A DNA stretch of 64,000 nt from a virus. The translations under genes were made by a program, and so were the position numbers. The first letter of the stretch is position 1; each line of letters opens with the position of its first letter. The notes beneath the pieces are model-generated. The model ran no database searches and was not told where the DNA came from. It worked only from the letters and a program-made list of their open reading frames with translations. The stretch lies in the IMG/VR virus record IMGVR_UViG_3300030061_003198. One strand, 5' to 3'. This document shows positions 46,965 through 58,847 of the stretch, one piece after another.

Positions 46965-49476
46965 ATGAAAAGAATTTATTCATATTATTATTTTCAGGAA
47001 GTTTATCCCAATTCATAGATGCATAAAAATCATCTAATTTGCCACGAATCTCTCTATCAAATATCTTATTCCTATCAATATATTTTTCTACAAATTCTGT
47101 TAATTCTCTTGGATCATCATAACCACGAAGGGCAATAGAATCAAACCCCATAGCGTTTGTTTTAAGATATGCCCATTTAATTTTATCTCCATTCTGAATT
47201 TCAGGAATTACTTTACTTCTTCTATTAATACCTAAATGTTTTAACATATCATTGTAATTAATTGCAGATTTAACATGAATCGGAGTTCCAGACAGATATC
47301 CAGATAATGGCTTTCTACCTTTTGTATACTTTGTGACATTTTTAACACCTGTATTCTTCATAACATCTAATATTGGAGAATCTTGTATTTTGTCTTTAAA
47401 ATCCATTATTAAATTAGTTGTGTCATTTTTTGACTTTTCTTTGAGTACATACCATAATGTTTCTTTCATTATAGTTTTAAACTCTGTAGGGAAAGATGAT
47501 CTTACTACGTCTAGACCTTTAATATCCATTTTATCTGTGGGTTTTCCTTCTTTAAAGATTACCCATTGAGCATATCTCTTTTTTGCTATCCATAGACCAG
47601 ATTTAGCAACATATTCTTGTTTAATTTGCCATCGATGATCAAATGTATTATGAAAGTGAACTGCATATTGATCATACATTTTGTTAACATGAGCTTGTAT
47701 CTCAGACGCAATGTCATTTGTTTTTTCAATCATAAACTTTTCATCTGATTCATCAAATCCGGGATATCTTTTTTCTATAAGAGGTAAACTAGATACAAAT
47801 GTTGAATCTGTATCCGTATAAAATGAAAATTCGGCTTTGTTGCCATTAGCGTTAATAAAATAATCTTTGCCAACTTCCTTTTCATAATATTTATTAATAA
47901 CTTTTGCTGAAAATTTAATAACACTTTGGCCAGTTGCTGTAATAGCTCCTGCATTGTCTAAGTCATGAAATCTAAATGTCTTTAATCCTAATACTCCATA
48001 AAATGAATTTAACAATACTTTTTGTGTTAATTGCATTGCATCATAAAATTTATACTTATCACTACCAACTTCATGATTATCTCGCTCATTCTTAAATTTA
48101 ACACGTTCGTCAAACCATTTCTCTAATATCTTTGGTAAGAATCCTTTACTTCTTGTATCATATACTACTCCGTTACTTGCAACAGTAAATTTATTATCAA
48201 TTAACCATTGTTTAATATCTGGTATAGTTTGGCCATTACATTGTACACTAACAGCTTCTTTACTTAATAATGATTCTTGTTTCCAATTTGGAATAACGCC
48301 TATTTTTGTTTCTGGAGATATATTAAGACTCATAATAATTGAAGGATACAGAGAAGTTAAATCTAAATCATATATCCATTTATATAATCCTGGAATTGGA
48401 GGCATAACATATGCGCCTGCTAATTTATTCTGCTCTTCGTCTTCAACAAATCTAAATTGTTTATTTGGAGCTACCAGCCCGTTTCTTTTTAAATCTACAA
48501 TAGCGGCGCCGTCTAGATATTTAGATGCATAATAAACGTCTTCATATGGAACATGGCCTTTGTGACATATTGTTCTTGCTAAGTTAATTAATTGTAATTT
48601 TTCATCTAACTCATATACAAGATCAACATCCGTCATATTATATTCTATAAACTTGTTAATATCTGAAACAAATAAATCGTCTAAGTCGCCATCATATTCA
48701 ATTTTACCTTTGCCTAATTCTGTTTTACCTACAGTGTCTAATCTATAATTAGGAAGTTCTGAATATGTAAAGTTCTTATATAATTTAATATAATCTAAAC
48801 TCGATACGCCAAATATTTTATATTTTTCGCGATGCTTATTCCATTCTACAATCCCAGCTGGTGATAATTTATTTGCAGACTTAGGACCTAACACTTTTTT
48901 AATCCTATTAATAAGATAAGGAATATCATATCCATCAGTATTCCAACCAGTTATAACAGTAGGTTGTATTTCTGAAAAATAGTTAATAAATTTAATTAAT
49001 AAGTTAGCTTCATTGTCAAATACCTCAACAGTATAGTTATCACCATATATAATATCATCAGATAATCTATTTTCTTTGTCTAATACTAATACTCTTCTAT
49101 CTTTACCAACTTTGTCATAATATGCTATCGATGTTATTTCGGTTCTAACATCTTGCGGAGTAGAATAACCATCTGCGTCTTTTGCTGTTTCAATATCAAA
49201 GAAGAAATCAGCATGGCCAGTCGAGACTAAATCAGATTCATAATATAAGTCTATTAATGTTCTAACCTCTTCATTTAAGTCAGATTCATATGCATCTGAA
49301 TTATCTCTATGATTACCTGGAGTCTTTGCTAACTTAGTTCCATTTAATGATATATATTCTCCACTCGGATCTGGAATATACCCATATGGCTTAAACTTAA
49401 AAGTTTTATGACCTAATTCGTCATCCCATACGTGCATTGTGCTTGTTTTTTTATGATATGCTATATTCTGATACAT
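46957..49476 (-). CDS. polB: Family B DNA polymerase with 3'-5' exonuclease
   Basis: FDIET, GWN..YD, DLTSLYPS, KVLLNSFYG, YTDTDS, KKRY; C-terminal PIP-like MNKFF. Confidence 0.97.
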   Translation of the reverse strand: MYQNIAYHKKTSTMHVWDDELGHKTFKFKPYGYIPDPSGEYISLNGTKLAKTPGNHRDNSDAYESDLNEEVRTLIDLYYESDLVSTGHADFFFDIETAKDADGYSTPQDVRTEITSIAYYDKVGKDRRVLVLDKENRLSDDIIYGDNYTVEVFDNEANLLIKFINYFSEIQPTVITGWNTDGYDIPYLINRIKKVLGPKSANKLSPAGIVEWNKHREKYKIFGVSSLDYIKLYKNFTYSELPNYRLDTVGKTELGKGKIEYDGDLDDLFVSDINKFIEYNMTDVDLVYELDEKLQLINLARTICHKGHVPYEDVYYASKYLDGAAIVDLKRNGLVAPNKQFRFVEDEEQNKLAGAYVMPPIPGLYKWIYDLDLTSLYPSIIMSLNISPETKIGVIPNWKQESLLSKEAVSVQCNGQTIPDIKQWLIDNKFTVASNGVVYDTRSKGFLPKILEKWFDERVKFKNERDNHEVGSDKYKFYDAMQLTQKVLLNSFYGVLGLKTFRFHDLDNAGAITATGQSVIKFSAKVINKYYEKEVGKDYFINANGNKAEFSFYTDTDSTFVSSLPLIEKRYPGFDESDEKFMIEKTNDIASEIQAHVNKMYDQYAVHFHNTFDHRWQIKQEYVAKSGLWIAKKRYAQWVIFKEGKPTDKMDIKGLDVVRSSFPTEFKTIMKETLWYVLKEKSKNDTTNLIMDFKDKIQDSPILDVMKNTGVKNVTKYTKGRKPLSGYLSGTPIHVKSAINYNDMLKHLGINRRSKVIPEIQNGDKIKWAYLKTNAMGFDSIALRGYDDPRELTEFVEKYIDRNKIFDREIRGKLDDFYASMNWDKLPENNNMNKFFSFG

Positions 49477-49704
49477 TTATTTCTTTTGCGCTTTTTTTAT
49501 ATTATACATTCCATATACATTAATCGATATAATGACAAAACTTAATACTAAATGACTAAAGTTATCAATAAAGAAATCATATACTATCCATCCAGTATCT
49601 CCTATAATCCAAGCAATCATTGCAATATATGTTAACTGTCGAGCATTACATATGTAACCTAATAGTACTAATGCTGTACTAAACCATCCTAAAAATTCTA
49701 TCAT
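49477..49704 (-). CDS. Small 3-TM protein (PnuC/SemiSWEET-like half transporter)
   Basis: LGW...G...NA...W...D..W..Y...N.YG pattern. Confidence 0.55.
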   Translation of the reverse strand: MIEFLGWFSTALVLLGYICNARQLTYIAMIAWIIGDTGWIVYDFFIDNFSHLVLSFVIISINVYGMYNIKKAQKK

Positions 49705-49706
49705 AT

Positions 49707-50741
49707 TTATATTATAAGTAATTTTTTTTGTTTTTCCAATACCGGTAAAATAGCTAACTCTTTTGCTTTAGCTTCTACAACGATGTCTAGATTTTCAACG
49801 TTATAAGTATTAGGAGTATTCACAATATAATCTGCATGAGCAGGCTCTTTGATCTTGCTAAATATTTTGTATTCTTTTTCAAAGGTCGGCCATAAGTGTA
49901 ATTCTGATAATGGTATATTATTATGATTCAACATTTTTTCTATCAATAACTTTTGCTCTTGTCGTCTAGACTCAGAGTAATGAGTACATTGAGTAACACC
50001 ATGTTTATCCCAGGTAGACTTTGCCATAAAGAATGCTTGACGTTCTGTTAAATCGCCTGTACAGAAGGTATGATGCCAATAGTCAAATGTAATAGGAATA
50101 CCAATTTCTTGGTGTATAAGGTCGTATAGATGCCTTACGCTGTACATAGATGCCTTGTCATCGTTTTCTAAAACTAATCTAGCTTTTAGGGAGTCAGATA
50201 GTCGTTGCCAAGTCTTGATCCACCGCTTAGCAGTAGCTTCACGATCACCATAAGCACCAGCTACATGAATATTGATCTTGTTATGAAACGATGGCTCATA
50301 CCCCATAAGATCAAACATTTCAGAATGTCGTTCTAAGCCAATAATACTTTTTTCTACAACATCTTGTCTAGGGGAACCTAATACATGGAACGGACCAGGA
50401 TGTGTAGTTAATCTATGACCATGTTGCCTAGCAAATTCACCTGCAGCGAATAAGTGCTGAGCAATTTCTTCGTAGTCTGGAAGATCATGTAATTCGTATT
50501 GATCATGCCATGGAAATAATTCAGAGCCTACACGAAATAACGTAATACCATGCTCTTCATTCCATTTGAGATAAGTGAGTAAATCTTTTGCATTGTCTAA
50601 TGCTTTGTCACTAATAAGTTGTAAATTATTAGGATACCAAGAAGCTTTTCTAGCCGTACGGGAAGTAGTAACTCTACCGCCTAATTTCTTGGGTCTATTC
50701 GTTAGTGTTGCGTTAACGCACGCATAGCCATATCTAATCAT
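49707..50741 (-). CDS. uvsE: UV-damage endonuclease
   Basis: GYACVN, FRVGSELFP, HPG.F, NIH, LENDD, FDYWHH, HAD, EAKAKE. Confidence 0.95.
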   Translation of the reverse strand: MIRYGYACVNATLTNRPKKLGGRVTTSRTARKASWYPNNLQLISDKALDNAKDLLTYLKWNEEHGITLFRVGSELFPWHDQYELHDLPDYEEIAQHLFAAGEFARQHGHRLTTHPGPFHVLGSPRQDVVEKSIIGLERHSEMFDLMGYEPSFHNKINIHVAGAYGDREATAKRWIKTWQRLSDSLKARLVLENDDKASMYSVRHLYDLIHQEIGIPITFDYWHHTFCTGDLTERQAFFMAKSTWDKHGVTQCTHYSESRRQEQKLLIEKMLNHNNIPLSELHLWPTFEKEYKIFSKIKEPAHADYIVNTPNTYNVENLDIVVEAKAKELAILPVLEKQKKLLII

Positions 50742-50751
50742 ATTTTATTAT

Positions 50752-50780
50752 ATAATAAGAAATAATTTTAAATTATCCAA
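50752..50780 (-). promoter_or_regulatory. Phage promoter TTGGAT-N17-TATTAT
   Basis: Recurrent motif. Confidence 0.75.
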
Positions 50781-50782
50781 GT

Positions 50783-51445
50783 TTATGAGTAAGATTGTAA
50801 TAATCGTAATACTTCATTTAATGCAGAATGTCTATGGTTGTCTTTTAAAGTAACAGCATGAACAAAATTAGATCCTTTAACTTTAGGTACATCATGTATT
50901 GCCGAATCATTACTAAATTTTAAATCAATTTGTTGCGGGTCTCCTGTTAATATCATTGTGGATCCTTTACCTAATCTACCTAATACCATTCCTAACTGTT
51001 GTTTGGTTAAATTTTGAAATTCATCGATGATTACACACGAATTTTCAAAAGTTCTTCCTCTAAAATGAGATAATGATACTAATTCAATATTTTCATCATT
51101 TTCCATTTTTTCTAATATTTGAGGTTTATTATATACCTTTCTCATATTAGACCGAATTGGAACTAACCATGGCTCCATTTTTTCAGTTAATGAGCCTGGT
51201 AAATACCCATTATCTTCATTTGATACAGTTGGTCTGGTAATAATGATTTGATTAACACTCCTTTTGAAAAACATATCCAATGCAACTTGAACTGCTAACA
51301 ATGTTTTGCCACTTCCTGCTTTACCTATAATAAAATTATATGGATGCATTAATATTTCAGCTTTTGCTAATTTTTGTTCTTCCGATAATGAAATTGAAAA
51401 TCTTACATTACCTTTCGGTGGAGTCTTATCTTTGTTATCTGGCAT
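50783..51445 (-). CDS. phoH: PhoH-family ATPase
   Basis: GKAGSGKT, ITRP, GYLPG, RGRTF, DEFQN, GDPQQID. Confidence 0.95.
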   Translation of the reverse strand: MPDNKDKTPPKGNVRFSISLSEEQKLAKAEILMHPYNFIIGKAGSGKTLLAVQVALDMFFKRSVNQIIITRPTVSNEDNGYLPGSLTEKMEPWLVPIRSNMRKVYNKPQILEKMENDENIELVSLSHFRGRTFENSCVIIDEFQNLTKQQLGMVLGRLGKGSTMILTGDPQQIDLKFSNDSAIHDVPKVKGSNFVHAVTLKDNHRHSALNEVLRLLQSYS

Positions 51446-51446
51446 A

Positions 51447-51989
51447 TTATATACTTTTTATTTTTATTTTTATATCATGGGGAGCTGTTTCAGTTCCGCC
51501 AAAATACGGCCATGTATAATATTTAGAATTGTTAGATCTGGAACATGGTCTATTAATAAATATTTGAGTGTTGTCTATTACAATTTTATATTCTGCATCT
51601 GTGAATTGTATACTACAATTAATTATGGTATTTAAATCTACACATTTAATTTTATCAAATTCAAAATTACCATCATGTTTAAACCAATGTAGTTCCAAAC
51701 TATCATTTAACCAGCGCCAACCAATTCGAATTGATGACTCGGTATGAAAATCGCCACAATCGCTTAGGCCATATAATTTATTAATATCAAATTGATTTAT
51801 AGGATCTGTGGTTGTATATATAGCAGATGAATCAAATATTACTTGAAAATTTAAACAATTTGATCTAGTAAATTTCATTCCATAGTTTGATTTATGATTT
51901 CCTTGCTTAATGGTATATGTTTTAAACCCATTTTCATCGATTTTCTTACATCCAACAAGTATTAGAAATAATATGATATAATTTTTCAT
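51447..51989 (-). CDS. Lipoprotein (beta-sandwich)
   Basis: Lipobox ILVGC followed by KKIDE; DINKLYGLSDC...RIGWRW...PYFGG.E.AP. Confidence 0.7.
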   Translation of the reverse strand: MKNYIILFLILVGCKKIDENGFKTYTIKQGNHKSNYGMKFTRSNCLNFQVIFDSSAIYTTTDPINQFDINKLYGLSDCGDFHTESSIRIGWRWLNDSLELHWFKHDGNFEFDKIKCVDLNTIINCSIQFTDAEYKIVIDNTQIFINRPCSRSNNSKYYTWPYFGGTETAPHDIKIKIKSI

Positions 51990-52000
51990 TTAACCAAAAT

Positions 52001-52300
52001 TTAGTTTGACACCATTGATATTTCCATTTCTCTTACTAGAATATAGTCAATGTTATCAAATTTTACTTTTTTCTGTGTACCTAAATTATTTTTACTAATT
52101 AATACAACGTCATCTTTTGAGACTGACATTGGTATTCTATTTCCTGTTTGTGTAAATAATCCAGGTCCAACTGCGATTACATCGGCATATACAAATTCTT
52201 CGTCATACCCAGCATCTACTAATATAATTCCAGATTCTGTTTTATCAGATTTTTCTTGTTCTCGGATCAATACTTGATCTCCCATTGGTTGCATTTTCAT
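52001..52300 (-). CDS. groES: Co-chaperonin GroES
   Basis: PMGDQVLI, TESGIIL, VIAVGPG, LVREMEI. Confidence 0.9.
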   Translation of the reverse strand: MKMQPMGDQVLIREQEKSDKTESGIILVDAGYDEEFVYADVIAVGPGLFTQTGNRIPMSVSKDDVVLISKNNLGTQKKVKFDNIDYILVREMEISMVSN

Positions 52301-52309
52301 AACTTTTCC

Positions 52310-52441
52310 TTATTTTGTGTTTTCTAATATATTTCGTAATTTATCTATCATTTCCTGAACTTCATCAGGATCCATTGTTATTGCACAACAAATATTAACA
52401 TTTTCTTCTATCTCATTTAATAGTTCTAATGCTTCATCCAT
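52310..52441 (-). CDS. Small protein (43 aa)
   Basis: MDEALELLNEIEENVNICCAITMDPDEV...; TAATG overlap with queE. Confidence 0.55.
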   Translation of the reverse strand: MDEALELLNEIEENVNICCAITMDPDEVQEMIDKLRNILENTK

Positions 52442-53226
52442 TATACTCCTCTTTCAGTGTCATATGCTATAATATGATCTCTTCCTGTCATATTATAGCC
52501 ATGTTCTGCTACCATTTCAAATACTATAGGATACATCTCCATTAATGTTTTTCTAGTATCTCCAGCCGGCATTACATAAGTTTTATGTTTAGGAATATCC
52601 ATTTCAATTCTAAATTCTTCTATTTCTTTTAGATTCTTTTCAGTGCCATCCCATACAGGTTTAAAATGATAATCTTTATGATAATCTAATGTCTTACGCA
52701 TTGCATCTTTATTCATTCTTAATCTATTATGAACTTTAATCATTCGTTCATCTGTAACTGATCCATTAGGAGTTATTGCACCTAAGACAGGAACTGAATT
52801 AGAAAATTTAGGAGATAAAGATATTAAGTCAATTGGATAATCAGTTTCGAGAAAATGACTTCCTTCTGTTTCAATAGTAACTAATATTCCCCTTTCGTTT
52901 GCAAAGTGCATAATTTCATTTACTAATGCTGGATGCATTGTTGGTGATCCACCAGTTAACATCATTTCTTTTACATGAGGATTTTCATCATATATTTTAA
53001 TAATATCATTAAATGTAAATGTACCTTTTTCTGGATGAATACTTGTATACCAACTATCACACCAACCACCTTCTCCAAAGTAGCATCTATGTGTACATCC
53101 TGTTGTTCTAACTGCTATTGTGGGTCTTCCAAATCTTGACCCTTCTGATTGAACACATCTATATATTTCTAATACAGGAATTGTTTTATTATAATCTTTA
53201 AGTCTTTTTAATTTTTTATTCACCAT
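52441..53226 (-). CDS. queE: 7-carboxy-7-deazaguanine synthase (radical SAM)
   Basis: EIY..VQSEG...GRP...VR..GCTHRC...WCDS, LTGG.P, IETEG, SLSPK. Confidence 0.92.
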   Translation of the reverse strand: MVNKKLKRLKDYNKTIPVLEIYRCVQSEGSRFGRPTIAVRTTGCTHRCYFGEGGWCDSWYTSIHPEKGTFTFNDIIKIYDENPHVKEMMLTGGSPTMHPALVNEIMHFANERGILVTIETEGSHFLETDYPIDLISLSPKFSNSVPVLGAITPNGSVTDERMIKVHNRLRMNKDAMRKTLDYHKDYHFKPVWDGTEKNLKEIEEFRIEMDIPKHKTYVMPAGDTRKTLMEMYPIVFEMVAEHGYNMTGRDHIIAYDTERGV

Positions 53227-53680
53227 AATATGCTGCATTTTTACCGTGCTCCATGAACTTAACTTTTGTAACTCTTACTCTGTTATCTGTTTCTGTTTTA
53301 ACAAAGTCATTTAACTTGTTATAAATATATTCAGCAAACTTTTCGGCGCCTGTTGCTTCGATCCATCTCAATTGTATAATACCTCTTTCATTCATTTCTT
53401 CTAAAACATCAACTGCAGGATCGTCTTTTGCTGCTACTACAGTATGGTCAAACATATAATCCATCCAAGCTTTAGGTTGCATTCCATCTATAAGAGTTTT
53501 AGCTCTTTTCATTCCTCCAAAGTCCCAAACCCAATTTCTGTGGTCTAATTCACCTTCAAAATATACTTTAAATGATATTCCATACCCATGTAAAAATCTA
53601 CAATGTGTATTTTCTGCTTTCCATTGACGAAACACTGTACTAAATCCGTCAAAAACTTTACTTGATTGATGTTTTCCCAT
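53216..53680 (-). CDS. queD: 6-carboxy-tetrahydropterin synthase
   Basis: HCRFLHGY, WDFG, FDH, AE, EHGKN.A. Confidence 0.9.
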   Translation of the reverse strand: MGKHQSSKVFDGFSTVFRQWKAENTHCRFLHGYGISFKVYFEGELDHRNWVWDFGGMKRAKTLIDGMQPKAWMDYMFDHTVVAAKDDPAVDVLEEMNERGIIQLRWIEATGAEKFAEYIYNKLNDFVKTETDNRVRVTKVKFMEHGKNAAYYGE

Positions 53681-53835
53681 TATACTAATTCTTCTAAAAT
53701 TCCTATTCCTTCGCTTATTACTAAAGTTACTGCGGCTATTACCATATCAAATGGTAACATACAATATCCTAATATTCGAACAAATGATTTAATAAAACTT
53801 ACTATTTGGTGCTTTTTTGCGTCTGGATACTTCAT
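53680..53835 (-). CDS. Small membrane protein (51 aa) between folE2 and queD
   Basis: MKYPDAKKHQIVSFIKSFVRILGY...SEGIGILEELV; TAATG overlap. Confidence 0.65.
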   Translation of the reverse strand: MKYPDAKKHQIVSFIKSFVRILGYCMLPFDMVIAAVTLVISEGIGILEELV

Positions 53836-53836
53836 G

Positions 53837-54856
53837 TTATGATATATGTATTAAGCTTGACCATAATTCATGCGGAATATCACTAGAAAATTTGCTATTA
53901 GGTGCTAATATTACTGATACTGCGTCATGTGAGTGTAGCGATTCTTGATGTGAGCAAATAACTCTAAAATCTTTAATTCTTTTATCCTCAATTAATTGTT
54001 CATACAATAATCTAGCTGCATCTTCAACAAATTTTAAATATGATCCATTTAATTCAGCAAATGCCATTTCATCTTCACGTTTAACAACAACTTGAGTTTC
54101 AGTACGTAAAGCTTTTTCACAAATTTCTTGTAGATCTTCAATCCATACTAATTCATCAAACTCTACTGATATTCTTGCAACAGATCTTTGTGAATGTGAT
54201 ACTGTAGCTTTATTCCTATATTTTCTAGCATATTCTGCTAATTCATATGAACAAGGACATGCAGATGAATATACAAAGTCAAAGTGAAGTATCTTTTTAA
54301 AAGTTCCTTTGTCGTCAATATTGCCTTCTAATGTTACATTATAATATTGATATCCAGCATTATCAGATCTTAATGATGGTTGTAATATTGGATATGAAAA
54401 ATGTAATCCAATCTTAGCATCAAATGATTCTAAATCATCTTTATACTTTAATAAAATAGTATCTAATTCTCCGAAGACATAATCATCTTTAAACTTATAA
54501 AATGATCGCATAATACGAGACATGTTAATACCTTTTTTATGTGCTGCTAAAGAAACATTTCCAGTTACTTTAGTTTCTAATTCAATATCACCGCCATCAC
54601 GCTTTTTATATTTTAAAGGAAGACGAAAATTATGAATACCAACTTGTTGAATAGCTACAGGAGCTCCTTGTATTAAAGAAGAAGGGCCATTTTGTAAATC
54701 TGGAAATGTTTCTATATCATTTTTAGTTGGTTTATAGTCTGAATCATAATCTCGTTCAGGTTCATGATAATTTACTGAATGTTTATTTTCTTCTGCTATT
54801 TTATGAGATTCGACATCATCGAACCACTCATATTTAGTATTATTTTTTTCTGCCAT
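53837..54856 (-). CDS. folE2: GTP cyclohydrolase IB
   Basis: PDLQ, QVGI, KGINMSR, SACPCS, HSQRS, VKREDE, FVEDAAR, ESLHSHDA. Confidence 0.95.
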   Translation of the reverse strand: MAEKNNTKYEWFDDVESHKIAEENKHSVNYHEPERDYDSDYKPTKNDIETFPDLQNGPSSLIQGAPVAIQQVGIHNFRLPLKYKKRDGGDIELETKVTGNVSLAAHKKGINMSRIMRSFYKFKDDYVFGELDTILLKYKDDLESFDAKIGLHFSYPILQPSLRSDNAGYQYYNVTLEGNIDDKGTFKKILHFDFVYSSACPCSYELAEYARKYRNKATVSHSQRSVARISVEFDELVWIEDLQEICEKALRTETQVVVKREDEMAFAELNGSYLKFVEDAARLLYEQLIEDKRIKDFRVICSHQESLHSHDAVSVILAPNSKFSSDIPHELWSSLIHIS

Positions 54857-54857
54857 A

Positions 54858-55172
54858 TTATTTACTATCATGTTTTAATTTTAAGCTACTTAATAATTCG
54901 GATACTGATTTAACAGTTTCTAAATTAATTGTTAACCATTTTTTATATTTTTTTTGTTGTATAATCAATTGACTACATTTTTCATATTCTTCAAGATGTT
55001 CTCCTACTGAGATTAAATATGATAAAAATTCATCTAGGTTTTTATTATAATCGAGTAAAACAGCGTCATTGAGCATATGTAGCTCTATACCATCTTTATC
55101 TGACAATGTATTTACACATTTGTAAAACATATTTCGGTCAACTTTATTTGGATCTAAAAAACTAAAACTCAT
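54858..55172 (-). CDS. Hypothetical protein with E.YEKC helical-hairpin motif
   Basis: GEHLEEYEKCSQL. Confidence 0.6.
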   Translation of the reverse strand: MSFSFLDPNKVDRNMFYKCVNTLSDKDGIELHMLNDAVLLDYNKNLDEFLSYLISVGEHLEEYEKCSQLIIQQKKYKKWLTINLETVKSVSELLSSLKLKHDSK

Positions 55173-55183
55173 TCTTTTATTTT

Positions 55184-56836
<1,653 letters not shown>

Positions 56837-56838
56837 TT

Positions 56839-56867
56839 ATTATAATAAATTTTTATTAAATATCCAA
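56839..56867 (-). promoter_or_regulatory. Phage promoter TTGGAT-N17-TATAAT
   Basis: Recurrent motif upstream of groEL. Confidence 0.75.
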
Positions 56868-56905
56868 ACCATAATATAATCTTGTTATCCAATCATCTGC
56901 TCTCA

Positions 56906-58765
56906 TTATTGTATCTCACAAGCTCCACCAGCACAAGCTAATTCTCCTGATAAATCGGTATTATCATCTAGTTCAATAATATTTGAAACATCTACTTCTT
57001 TTAACGTTTCCATTAATCTATTATATGTTTCTTCTGAACAATCTTCGAATGGTGCTTGAGTATAACTACCGCCATCATAATTTAATACTGATAACCCGTT
57101 ATAATGTTTTCTGTTATCCCACATCCATTCGCCAGCATCTTTCCATTCTGTATCTTTCAAGCTGACAGTTGCAGACACGTTGTGAGTGTTACTACCATTA
57201 CGATGACCTGGGGCTACCCATTCCATGGCTACTTTTTTAATTCTTTCTAATAATTGAAAAGGAGACTCTGTTCTCATTATAGCTCCATCTGGTGCTTTTT
57301 GTGGTACACTAATTACTGCAGTGTCATGGGGTCTAAAATACTCATCTTCTACTAATTCAGGGTGGTTTTCAACTAAATACTTATATATTGATTCATTTTT
57401 ACCAACTCTAACTCTTCTAATATAAAAATCATTATGCCATGCATGAATACCAGACGATGTTCCCAATGCTAAAGATGTAGTTCCAGCTGGTTTAACGGTT
57501 GTACAACGTGCTGCTCGGTTAATACCAATTAATTTAGCTACTCTTGTATTTTCTCGCTTAACAACATCGGCTCCTTTTTTCATATCATAGCCTAATACTG
57601 TTCCTGATCCTATACCGGTCATTGATACTCCAATTAACGCATCTTTTTCTGTAGTTTCTCTCCATACATCTCTTAAATAATGAAAGTCGGTATATCCTGC
57701 TTGTAATGTTCCTATAAATGCAGCTCCTTTTACTCTAGCATTAAAATCTTCTTGTGATTCTAAGTCAGATGCATTTACTTCACATAAGTTGCAAAATTGA
57801 TATGGTCTTAATGCTATTTCGCAACAAGGATTAGTACCCCAATCTTTATCATTATTAAAATATATACCTGGTTCTCCAGCTCCTGATAATTCAACTCGTT
57901 TCCATAGATCCATAAAAAATGATTTAGTAATTTTATGTCTCATTAATACTGCAGAGTTATTTGATCTACCTCTTTGGGGATCTGTTTCCCACCAGTTACC
58001 AGCTTTACATCCAATCATTTGATCATCATCTGCACTAAATAAACTAATTAATGCTGCTCTCCTAATTCCTCCGGCTAAAACTGCGTCTGCAATATGACAA
58101 ACTATATCATGTACTTCTAACGTTGATAGCTTATCGCCGTCTTCTCTAGCATCTAATATACCTGTTACTTTTAGAATGCATTCTTTTAATGGTTGTGGGC
58201 CTGGAGCTTTCCCTCCTGATGTTACTAATTGAGCTCCTTTGGGTCTAACGTCAGAATAATCAAATTCTATTCGTGAGCTTTTACCATTTAAATATGATTT
58301 CATTAACACTTTGATAGCGTCTGCCCAACCTTCAATTGAATCGCCTATTAAAAATCTACGTTTTCTTTTAGCGTAAGGTTTGTTAACAGGTGGTAATTTA
58401 GCTACATGATGTTTTTGTACTGAATAACCTACTCCGGTACCGCCTAATAATAAGAACATTATCTCACTAAATGAGTCAATATGATCTAATGGTAAATAAG
58501 CACAATTATACACCCGATTAGGTGATATTTCAATTGGTTTGCCGCCAAATTGTAATGATCTCATTGATGGCAATATTTTTTTATTATAAACCATTTTATA
58601 AACATCTTCAATTTCATCTTTTAAGTTTGGGTACCTTTTAATATGCATATTTTTGTTTCGTGTAACGAGCTCGTCCCATGTTTCTCTCCTATTAAATTCT
58701 GGGATGTATTTGGCATATTTCATATGCACTGTTATATCTGATAAAATTTTGTTTGAAATGTTCAT
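56906..58765 (-). CDS. nrdJ: Class II (adenosylcobalamin-dependent) ribonucleotide reductase
   Basis: NCAY, GGIRRAA, TNPCCEI, VKPAGT, C-terminal CAGGAC; no beta subunit adjacent. Confidence 0.92.
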   Translation of the reverse strand: MNISNKILSDITVHMKYAKYIPEFNRRETWDELVTRNKNMHIKRYPNLKDEIEDVYKMVYNKKILPSMRSLQFGGKPIEISPNRVYNCAYLPLDHIDSFSEIMFLLLGGTGVGYSVQKHHVAKLPPVNKPYAKRKRRFLIGDSIEGWADAIKVLMKSYLNGKSSRIEFDYSDVRPKGAQLVTSGGKAPGPQPLKECILKVTGILDAREDGDKLSTLEVHDIVCHIADAVLAGGIRRAALISLFSADDDQMIGCKAGNWWETDPQRGRSNNSAVLMRHKITKSFFMDLWKRVELSGAGEPGIYFNNDKDWGTNPCCEIALRPYQFCNLCEVNASDLESQEDFNARVKGAAFIGTLQAGYTDFHYLRDVWRETTEKDALIGVSMTGIGSGTVLGYDMKKGADVVKRENTRVAKLIGINRAARCTTVKPAGTTSLALGTSSGIHAWHNDFYIRRVRVGKNESIYKYLVENHPELVEDEYFRPHDTAVISVPQKAPDGAIMRTESPFQLLERIKKVAMEWVAPGHRNGSNTHNVSATVSLKDTEWKDAGEWMWDNRKHYNGLSVLNYDGGSYTQAPFEDCSEETYNRLMETLKEVDVSNIIELDDNTDLSGELACAGGACEIQ

Positions 58766-58792
58766 ATATATGACTCCTTTTTTTATTTTAGA

Positions 58793-58823
58793 CAAAAATA
58801 GGCCTCCATTTGAAAGGCCTATT
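58793..58823 (-). terminator. Intrinsic terminator-like hairpin between helicase and nrdJ
   Basis: AATAGGCCT/AGGCCTATT stem followed by T-run. Confidence 0.65.
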
Positions 58824-58847
58824 ATTAATTTATTATAAATATGATTA

